A DNA stretch of 64,000 nt, taken from assembly GCA_964187785.1 (NCBI GenBank), contig OZ076418.1, forward strand, positions 40,796,001 to 40,860,000, in the 5' to 3' direction. The position numbers and the translations under genes were made by a program. Below, piece by piece: positions 1-9,408 of the stretch; within the stretch, counting starts at the first letter, position 1, and the number at the start of each line of letters is the position of its first letter. The stretch comes from Amphiscolops sp. MND2022 (lineage: Eukaryota). A model generated the notes under the pieces. That model was not told the origin of the DNA and ran no database searches. It was given only the letters and a program-made list of their open reading frames with translations.

Positions 1-2880
1 ACTAGTGACATTGGTGGAAATGGTCCCAAAATTTGTGGTATCGCATTAATGATGTTCAGATGGTACGCATACAAAGCAATACGTAGTCCAAAAAGCAGTC
101 GGAAGAGGAAGATTTTTTCTGCAGACCTTGTCAAGTTGTGGATACGGGTGCTCCATTGCCGCTTACTGTTGATACTATAATAGCTGTCACTAAAGCAAAC
201 CCCGAAACGAGTACCCAAACACGCACGCATTCCATTAGCGAAGCTTCTCAATGAAGCGCTTGATGGCATAGTAGCAAAGCCACACGATGAATCGTGCTGG
301 GTGAGTTTCTTTCTTCAATTTTGCGCTATTATGAAACAGCCAAAACGATCTGGCAAACGACAGAAATCTGATCTGGGGAGTATCATATGCGAGAGAATCA
401 ACAAAGGTGCAGCTCTTGGCGATCTTGTCGTCCCGCGTGAAGTGAAGGACTCTAAACTCGAGCAAGAATGCGAAAAAAGGATCAAGTTGATCTCCGCCAA
501 GCTCGACGAGGGGAACGTCCGAGCGGGAATAAGACTAGCAGCGTCTGACGACTCAGTAGCTCCCTTTGACAACAACACTTACGAAAAACTTCAGTCGAAA
601 CATCCCCCTCGAGCCCCAAATCATGCCCAACAAAATGTCGAAGATAGCCTAATTACGTTTGAACCCATCGTAGCGAAGGCAATCAACTCCTTCCCTTCTG
701 GGTCTTCGGGAGGACCAAGCCTACTTGTGCCCCAGTTGTACAAAGACCTTATCGCGAAGAGCAACGGGTCCGTAGGAAACGAGTTTCTCCAGAAGCTAAC
801 AATCGTACTAAATATTGTCTTGGAAGGCAAAGTCCCTGTAGGTTTGAGACCTTTTTTCTTTGGTGCTAAACTTATCGGTCTTCGGAAAAAAGACGGCGGA
901 ATTCGACCAATTGCTGTTGGAAATACCCTGCGTCGAATATGCTCGAAATGTGTGAGCTCTTTCGCGACTGACCAACGACGAATTGATTTCCATGGTACGC
1001 AGGTCGGCTGCGGAACAAGTCGTGGAGCTGAAATCGCAGCACATGTTTTTCGAAACCTCATTGAGAACGAGCAGAATCCTGAAAACGTTATTCTGAAGAT
1101 GGACTTCAAAAATGCCTTTAACTCGCTGAAACGTGACAAAATCTTGGACACCGTTTTTCGGAAACGACGCCAGATTTACAATTATACGCACTCTGCATAT
1201 AGCGAATCCTCACATCTTTTCTTCGGAGAGAAAGTTATTCAATCGCAAGAGGGCTGTCAGCAAGGGGACCCCGAAGGCCCAGCTCTCTTCTCCGACACTA
1301 TTCAAGACCTCGTTAACCAAATGGTTTCACAATATATTGTTTGGTACCTCGACGACGGAAACCTTTCGGATGACTATCGGACGGTTCTTGAGGACCTCAA
1401 ACGAATCAGCGCTAGCGCCGACGAGTATGGGTTATCACTCGAGAAAACTAAATGTTACCTGATTTTCCTCGGAAATTGTACCGAAAGTTCAAAGAAAAGA
1501 ATCAAAGCGCTTTTTGACGAAATTTGCACGGGTATTAAAGTGGAGGATCGTGAGAATTTGGAAATTTTAGGGTCGCCAATGGGCGCAATTGCTCGACGAG
1601 ACCTGTTGAACAAAAAAATGATTGAATTGCAAAAACTATCTGAAGTCGTTACGAAATTAGATGCCCACTATGGTTTCTACTTGTTGAAGAACTGCTTTAG
1701 TCTGCCTAAACTACTATACTTTCTTCGTACCAGCCCTTGCTTTGAAGAGGTGGACCTCCTACAACAGTATGATTCCATTATCCGCAAATCATTGTCCAAA
1801 ATCTGCAATGTGAATTTTGATGAAAGCAGCTATACTCAAGCGATTCTCCCAATCTCCAAAGGGGGCATAGGCATTGCATCGGCTTCCCAGATTGCTCTTC
1901 CTGCTTTTTTAGCTTCAGCATCGGGTGCCAAACGTGCTTTGTCGTGTATCCTCCCGGAAGACTATGTTGATGCATCGTTTGAAAAGGCTCTGGATTTATG
2001 GTTGGCGAGGGCGAACCTGACAGAAGCACCGTCGGACTCCATTCAAACACATTGGACCTCTCCTCTGAGCGATGCTACTTTTGATCAACTTATTACAGAC
2101 CTTGATGCGGAAAATGTCAAAAGGCTGAATGCTTATCAAGACCCCTTTGGTTCAGCTTGGCTGAATGTTGTACCAAGCAAAAACCTCGGTCTTAAATTGA
2201 CAGATCAGCAACTGCGCATCTCCTTATCCCTCCGCCTGGGTTCGAAAATTTGCGAGAAACACACTTGCCGCTGCGGTAAACTTGTCGAAGAGAACGGACA
2301 TCCTGGTCTTTCCTGTGCCAGAAGCGCGGGACGTTTCTCGAGGCACCACAACCTCAATACTCTCGTGAAACAGGCGCTGAGTTCCATCAAAGTTCCCTCA
2401 ATTTTGGAACCATATGGTCTGACCCGAACAGATGGAAAGCGCCCAGATGGAATTACCCTAGCGCCCTGGGAGGAAGGCAAGCAATTAGTCTGGGATGTTA
2501 CTTGTGTCGATCTCCTTGCCCCCAGTAGAATAGAGAACGGGTCTGTTGCCAACCCAGGCACAGCAGCGGAGGATGCAGAGGAATTGAAAACGGCTAAGTA
2601 CGTTTGTTTGACTGACAAAGGATACATCTTCCAACCTTTAGCCTTTGAAATTCAGGGAGGAGTCGGACCTTCTACGTCTACCTTCTTGAAAAACCTCTGT
2701 AAAAAGTGCGTGTGCAATCAAGAAAATAGAGCCGGGTCCTTTTTCAGGCAGAGACTCTCTCTCGCAATCCAGGTAGGCAATGCGGCCAGTGTAGTTGGAA
2801 CGGTTCGGGACGAAGACCACTTAAGCGAACTTGACTACTTGTAAATCCGCGTTTTAATGTCCGTTTTGTTTCATTAAGAA
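1..2880 (+). mobile_element. CRE-clade (RLE-type) non-LTR retrotransposon; 5' end probably outside or at the window edge, 3' end approximate
   Basis: Single long ORF with RT followed by zinc knuckle and restriction-like endonuclease. Motif spacing and the C-terminal LSLAIQVGNA segment are typical of CRE-like elements. No poly(A) tail or TSD could be identified. Confidence 0.85.
301..2844 (+). CDS. Reverse transcriptase / restriction-like endonuclease polyprotein (847 aa in track; frame is open from 184, first ATG at 331)
   Basis: RT motifs GIRPIAVG, KMDFKNAFN, GCQQGDPEGPALF and WYLDDG (1342-1359). RLE region: CRCG-x7-HPGLSC (2266-2316), RHHNL, KRPDG (2437-2451), WDVTC, KTAKY, PLAFE. TAA stop at 2842-2844. 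Confidence 0.93.
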   Translation: MSFFLQFCAIMKQPKRSGKRQKSDLGSIICERINKGAALGDLVVPREVKDSKLEQECEKRIKLISAKLDEGNVRAGIRLAASDDSVAPFDNNTYEKLQSKHPPRAPNHAQQNVEDSLITFEPIVAKAINSFPSGSSGGPSLLVPQLYKDLIAKSNGSVGNEFLQKLTIVLNIVLEGKVPVGLRPFFFGAKLIGLRKKDGGIRPIAVGNTLRRICSKCVSSFATDQRRIDFHGTQVGCGTSRGAEIAAHVFRNLIENEQNPENVILKMDFKNAFNSLKRDKILDTVFRKRRQIYNYTHSAYSESSHLFFGEKVIQSQEGCQQGDPEGPALFSDTIQDLVNQMVSQYIVWYLDDGNLSDDYRTVLEDLKRISASADEYGLSLEKTKCYLIFLGNCTESSKKRIKALFDEICTGIKVEDRENLEILGSPMGAIARRDLLNKKMIELQKLSEVVTKLDAHYGFYLLKNCFSLPKLLYFLRTSPCFEEVDLLQQYDSIIRKSLSKICNVNFDESSYTQAILPISKGGIGIASASQIALPAFLASASGAKRALSCILPEDYVDASFEKALDLWLARANLTEAPSDSIQTHWTSPLSDATFDQLITDLDAENVKRLNAYQDPFGSAWLNVVPSKNLGLKLTDQQLRISLSLRLGSKICEKHTCRCGKLVEENGHPGLSCARSAGRFSRHHNLNTLVKQALSSIKVPSILEPYGLTRTDGKRPDGITLAPWEEGKQLVWDVTCVDLLAPSRIENGSVANPGTAAEDAEELKTAKYVCLTDKGYIFQPLAFEIQGGVGPSTSTFLKNLCKKCVCNQENRAGSFFRQRLSLAIQVGNAASVVGTVRDEDHLSELDYL

Positions 2881-5800
2881 GTATATGTCTTCTTTGCTTC
2901 GTAATCGTTACCAGTTCACATGCCTCTTTGAGTTTCTGAATTGAGGTTCCTCCTGGGTCCTTTGAACTCTCTGGTTGCATGATCCTTTCCTTATTTTTTT
3001 TTATGTTTCCTATGTTGGTTGGATTTTTTTGTCTGCCGCCCGGGCTGGGGGCACATGATGAATACAGAAGCGTTTTTTAAGAAACGCTGATTGATGACGA
3101 CGATCCAATTCTGATTGCCTGAAAGCAATACGTACGCTTTGATGTTTGTATGAGTCATTGTCAAAAGAGTTGTCACGGTGTCAAAGTTGAAATTCGATTG
3201 CAGTCTGAAAAACAGCAATTACGTGCAATCTCTTTCAAAGATAAATGTTGTTGATAAACATCAAATTGATTTTCGATTACTTTCCGATTGTTGTTCTGTA
3301 AATCTGACATTTCTTGCTGGATTTTTTTTGTGATATCGAGACTTCATTTGTCAGCATATAGAATTTTCAGTAGTTTGATTTAGAAGGTAGCTCGTAAACA
3401 TTTTTGCTATGTTTTGAAGTCGTCTAATCGGACAATATTGCCGGCACTTTCTTCCGCCTTATCTTGGCAAGATCCGGAAACACTGTGAAGACTGCAGATT
3501 TCACTCCACAATCACGCCACTGCTTGAAAGGACAAAATAGGTTGCAGTGGAAGCATTTAAAGAGCAAAAACGGGCTGCTGTTTTCATCTCTGTACTCCCA
3601 CATTATTTCACTGAGCGGACTCGGATGACGAGACGTGAAGAAATGAAAACTATACTGACCTGATCTGCGCAGTTCATTCATTTTTAGGGCTTCACAGAGG
3701 GTTTGATATCACATAAATCAATTTATCAGGTCGCATTTATGGAAGCGTGAAGTCAAATCAGCGGTTCACCACAGAAAAAACTGCAGGTGATAGTTGTAGA
3801 TACTCATGAAAGAAAACGAACCAGCTGGAACTTCGTTCAGGGCGACTTTTTCCTTCACATACGTTTCACGTACATCCGAATATGAAAGATAGAGCAACTA
3901 ATTGTTTAGGTTTGAACCGCCGTCGAAACCAAATATTTCTACAACTTATGATAGTCAATAGAATGGCACCGAGACTCCCTTCTCTGAATGTTTCAATCAA
4001 TAAACAGTCCCGGAAACTTCTATAACCGTAGAGGCCACGGAAAGAGTTATTACTCTAGTCATAGCAAACAGTATTTTTACAAATACTGAAAATTTAATCC
4101 TATTTTCCGAGGAAGTCTCTCATGTCTCGTCTACACCTCACCTGAACACTCCCTGTCAGACAACTGAAAAAATACTAGAAGAAACTCCGATAAAAAATTG
4201 AGTCCGAATTGGCTTCCCATGCTTTAGACTGGATACATATGGTTGGCTGCGACCTTGGGGAATGAGATTTGCGTTTCAAACCTTTCCACCGGTTAGGCAA
4301 GCCGCCAGTTTGCCTGGCAAGAAGGAGGACGAAGTTCCCGCACGATTCGCAAAAGTCTAAATAATACTAAACTGAAAACTGCAGTCAAAAAATCTGTACA
4401 GTACATTAAAAAACCTTTCGACACCGAAATTTCAAACAAAGCGAAAATAGCAATCACGCCACTGCATAGAAGTACAAAAAAAGGTTGCCGTGGCAGCATT
4501 TAAAGAGCAAAAACTGGCTGCTGTTTTCACATTCTCTGTACTTTCACAATATTTCACTGAGTGAACTCGGCTGATGAGACGTGGAAAAGTGAAAACTATA
4601 CTTACGTGATTTGCGCAGTTCATTCATCTTCAGGACTTCACAGAGGGTTTGATTTCAAATAATTTTATCAGGTCGCATTTATGGAAGCGTGAAGAGAAAT
4701 CAGCGGTTCACCACAGAAAAAACTGTAGGTGAATGTTGTAGATACTCATGAAAGAAAACGAACCAGCTGGAACTTCGTTCAGGGCGACTTTTTCCTTCAC
4801 ATACGTTTCACGTACATCCGAAAAAGAAAGATAGAGCAACTAATTGTTTAGGTTTGAACCGCCGTCGAAACCAAATATTTCTACAACTTATGATAGTCAA
4901 TAGAATGGCACCGAGACTCCCTTCTCTGAATGTTTCAATCAACAAACAGTCCCGGAAACTTCTATAACCGTAGAGGCCACGGAAAGAGTTATTACTCTAG
5001 TCATAGCAAACAGTAGTTTTACAAATGCTGAAAATTTACTCCTATTTTCCGAGGAAGTCTCCCATGTCTCGTCTACACCTCACCTGAACACTCCCTGTCA
5101 GACAACTGAAAAAAACTAGAAGAAACTCCGATAAAAAATTGAGTCCGAATTGGCTTCCCGTGTTTTAGACTGGATACATATGGTTGGCTGCGACCTTGGG
5201 GAATGAGATTTGCGTTTCAAATCTTTCCACCGGTTAGGCAAGCCGCCAGTTTGCCTGGCAAGAAGGAGGACGCAGTTCCCGCACGATTCGCAAAAGTCTA
5301 AATAATACTAAACTGAAAACTGCAGTGAAAAAATCCGTACTGGACATTAGTGAATCTTTCGACACCCAAGTTTCAATCAAAGCAAAAACAGCAATCACGC
5401 AACTGCCTAAAACACAAAAAAGGTTGCAGTGGTAGCAGTTAAAGAGCAAAAACTGGCTGCTGTTTTCACCTTCACTGTCCTCCCACATTTTTTCAGAGTG
5501 AAACTCGGCTGATGAGACGTGAAAAAAAAAGAAAACAAATCTTATCTGTGCAGTTCATTCTTCTGTAGGACTTCACAGAGGGTTTGATATATGTTTCATA
5601 TAACAAGCTACACTAATGGAAGCGCGAAGACGAAACGAATTTCACCACAGGAATATCTGGAGTATGAAGCTGAAGAGGCTCTGGATAGAAATCGAACCAT
5701 TTGATGCTTCATTCATGGCGACTTTGTTCTTCTCATACGTTTCACGTACATTCGAATAGGAAAGATAAAGCAACTAACTGTTTAGGTTTGAACCGCGGTC

Positions 5801-6434
5801 GCAATCAAATATCTCTACATACTCTGATATTCAATTGAATGGCTTCGGTACTCCGTTCCCGCAATGTTTCAACAATACATTACCGGAAAAATTTATAATC
5901 ATACAATCCACGGGAATGAAAACTATTCTAGTCATGGCAACTACTCTTTACGAAATCTAAAACTTTGCTGCTATTTTCCAGGGAAGGCTCACATGTCTCG
6001 TCAACACCTCACCTGAACACTCCCTGTTATGTGATTGAGAAAAATTAGGGACACTCTGAATAAAAATAGAGTCTGAAGTAGCCTCGCACGTTTTAGAATG
6101 GATATAATTTATTGGTTGTACCTTGCAGAATGAGATTTGCGTTCAAACCTTTCCGTCGAAGTTAAGCAAGCCGTCAGTTTGCCTGACAAGAAGGAGAACA
6201 CAGTTAGCGCACGATTCGCAAAAGTCTAAATTATACTAAACTGAAAACTGCAGTCAAAATATCTGTACAGTACATTAAACCTTTCGACACCTAAATTTCC
6301 AACAAAGCGAAAATAGCAATCACGCCACTGCATAGAAGTACAAAAAGGTTGCCGTGGCAGCATTTAAAGAGCAAAAACTGGCTGCTGTTTTCACATTCTC
6401 TGTACTTTCACATTATTTCACTGAGTGAACTCGG

Positions 6435-6469
6435 CTGATGAGACGTGGAAAAGTGAAAACTATACTTAC
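6435..6469 (-). other. Intron-like 35-nt GT-AG segment (representative copy; present in most monomers)
   Basis: Minus strand reads ATCAG|GTAAGTATAGTTTTCACTTTTCCACGTCTCATCAG|CCGAG: consensus donor, pyrimidine tract, CAG acceptor. Splicing is not demonstrated. Confidence 0.4.
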
Positions 6470-9077
6470 CTGATCTGCGCAGTTCATTCATCTTCAGGAC
6501 TTCACAGAGGGTTTGATTTCAAATAATTTTATCAAGTCGCATTTATGGAAGCGTGAAGAGAAATCAGCGGTTCACCACAGAAAAAACTGCAGGTGAATGT
6601 TGTAGATACTCATGAAAGAAAACGAACCAGCTGGAACTTCGTTCAGGGCGACTTTTTCCTTCACTTACGTTTCACGTACATCCGAATATGATAGATAAAG
6701 CAACTTACTGTTTAGATTTGAACCGCGGTCGAAACCAAATAATTCTACAACTTATGATAGTCAATAGAAGGGCGGCTCCGATATTCCATTCTCGGAATGT
6801 TTCAATCAACAAACATTCCCGGATATTTCCATAAACGTACAGGTCACGGGAAGGAAAAGTTACAACTCTAGTCATAGCAAACAGTATTTTTACAATTGCT
6901 GAAAGTTTACTCCCAGTTTTCAAGGAAGGCTCTGATGTCTCGCCAACCATTCGCGTGAACGCTCACAGTGATCGAAGTGAGAATAGATAGAAAAACCCCG
7001 AAAAAAATTGGGTCCGAAATGCCTTTCCATGTTTTAGACTGGTTACATATGGTTGGCTGTAACCTTGCGGAATGAGATTTGCGTTTCAAACCTTTCCACC
7101 GAAGTTAAGCAAGCCGCCAGTTTGCCTGGCAAGAAGGAGGACACAGTTATCACACGATTTGCAAAAGTTGAAAAATGAAAACTATACTTACCTGATCTGC
7201 GCATTTCATTCATCTTTAGGGTTTCAAAGAGGTTTTGATTTCATATAATTCTATCAGGTCGCATTTATCGAAGCGTGAAGACAAATCAGCGGTTCACCAC
7301 AGAAATAACTGCAGGTGCATGTTGTAGATACTCATGAAAGAAATCGAACCAGCTGGAACTTCGTTCATGGCGATTTTTTCATTCACATACGTTTCACGTA
7401 CACCCGAACTTGAAAGATAGAGCAACTAACTGTTTAGGTTTGAACCGCGGTCGAAACCAAACAATTCAACTTGTGATAGTCAATAGAATGGCGGTTCCGA
7501 TACTCCCTTTTCGGAATGTTTCAATCAACAAACAATCCCGGATATTTCCATAACCGTACAGGTCAAGGGAAGGAAAAGTTTCTACTCTAGTCATAGCAAA
7601 CAGTATTTTTACAAATGCTGAAAGTTTACTCCCAGTTTTCAAGTAGGCTCTGATGTCTCGCCAACAATTCGCATGAACGCTCACTGTCATCGAAGTAAGA
7701 ATAGCTAGAATAACCCCAAAAAATTGAGTCCGAATTGGCTTCCCATGTTTTAGACTGGTTACAAATGGTTGGCTGTAACCTTGCGGAATGAGATTTGAGT
7801 TTCAAACCTTTCCACCGAAGTTAAGCAAGCCACCAGTTTGCCTGGCAAGCAGGAGGACACAGTTACCACACGATTCGCAAAAGTCTAAATTATACTGAAT
7901 TGAAAACTGCAGTCAAAAAATCTGTACAGTACATTAGCAAACCTTTCGACACCTAAATTTCGAACAAAGCAAAAATACCAATCACGCCACTGGCTAAAAG
8001 TACGAAAGGGGTTGCAGTGGCAGCACTTAAAGAGCAAAAACTGGCGGGTGTTTTCACCTTCTCTGTACCTCCACATTATTCCACTGAGTGAACTCGGCTG
8101 ATGAGACGTGGAAAAATGAAAACTATACTTACCTGATCTGCGCAGTTCATTCATCTTTAGAGCTTCAAAGAGGTTTTGATTTCATATAATTCTATCAGGT
8201 CGCATTTATCGAAGCGTGAAGACAAATCAGCGGTTCACCACAGAAATAACTGCAGGTGAATGTTGTAGATACTCATGAAAGAAATCGAACCAGCTGGAAC
8301 TTCGTTCATGGCGATTTTTCCCTTCACATACGTTTCACGTACACCCGAATTTGAAAGATAGAGCAACTAACTGTTTAGGTTTGAACCGCGGTCGAAACCA
8401 AACAATTCAACTTGTGATAGTCAAAAGAATGGCGGCTCCGATACTCCCTTCTCGGAATGTTTCAATCAACAAACAATCCCGGTTATTTCCATAACCGTCA
8501 GGTCACTGGAAGGAAAAGTTACAACTCTAGTCATAGCAAACAGTATGTCTACAAATGCTGAAAGTTTACTCCCAGTTTCCAAGGAAGGCTCTGATGTCTC
8601 GCCAACCATTCGCGTAAACGCTCACTGTCATCGAAGTGAGAATAGCTAGAATAACCCCGAAGAAAATTGAGTCCGAATTGCCTTTCCCCGTTTTAGACTG
8701 GTTACATATGGTTGGCTGTAACCTTGCGGAATGAGATTTGTGTTTCAAACCTTTCCACCGAAGTTAAGCAAGCCGCCAGTTTGCCTGGCAAGAAGGAGGA
8801 CACAGTTACCACACAATTCGCAAGTCTAAATTATACTGGAATGAAAACTGCAGTCAAAAAATTTTTACAGTACATTAGTAAACCTTTCGACACCTAAATT
8901 TCAAGCAAAGCGAAAATAGCAACAATAGCGATCACGCCACTGCTTAAAAGTACGAAAAAAGTTGCCATAGCAGCATTTGAAGAGCAAAAACTGGCTGCTG
9001 TTTTCACATTCTCTGTACTTTCACATTATTTCAATGAGTGAACTCGGCTGATGAGACGTGGAAAAGTGAAAACTATA

Positions 9078-9408
9078 ACTTATATCTCTACTTTTAAGAT
9101 GAGTATTTATGGCTGGCGGCTGGATGCAGGAATGGAGAGCAGTCAAGTCTTCGGAACATGGATCACAATCCTCAGATTAGTTCTCTCTTTTCTTATTGAA
9201 AACACAACCATGCAATTCTCTAGTTATTGTCAGCACTGATGTTTTTGTATTAATAAGTGTTATTATAATTATTTGTTTAAAGATGCTGATCAAATAGTTA
9301 AAAGGTTAAAGTTCTGTCATAGGTAAAATAGTCTTGAGGTCAAATATTTAAGAGTTCTTTCAATCAGTTCTTTTGTCCTCAACAACGGAATGTTTCAGCT
9401 ATGTTACA
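9078..9408 (-). mobile_element. ~330-bp non-array insertion, solo-LTR-like
   Basis: Interrupts aaaactatacttacctg. CTATA is duplicated at 9073-9077 and 9409-9413 (ACTATA if 6 bp). The minus strand starts TGTAACA; the other end lacks a canonical CA. Confidence 0.55.

Noticed and set aside
235-2980. Antisense and alternate-frame ORFs overlapping the CRE ORF
   Set aside because: Shadow frames of a long coding sequence with no motifs of their own.
4310-4814. Many short dyads per monomer (TTGCC-T-GGCAA, ACTGCAGT, TGTAC-A-GTACA, TTCACT-G-AGTGAA, CCAGCTGG, TACGT-TTC-ACGTA; also CTCACTG-N6-CAGTGAG at 18490-18509)
   Set aside because: A rough estimate gives about 8 stems of 5 bp or more with short loops by chance in 940 bp. 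Apparent covariation (TTCACT/AGTGAA versus TCCACT/AGTGGA) fails because all four combinations occur.
6462-6472. ATACTTACCTG equals the 5' end of U1 snRNA; AGATACCATGAT (~20167) equals another U1 segment
   Set aside because: No U1 stem-loops or Sm site follow. The 11-mer is simply the complement of a consensus donor. The 12-mer lies ~290 nt away and only in one derived subfamily.
6657-6660. CENP-B-box-like motif cttcgttcagggcgact (just upstream, ~6637-6653) and copies
   Set aside because: Only about 6 of the 9 core positions match.
8961-8974. RFX X-box-like GTTGCCATAGCAGC / GTTGCCGTGGCAGC
   Set aside because: Imperfect, varies among monomers, and no gene start nearby.
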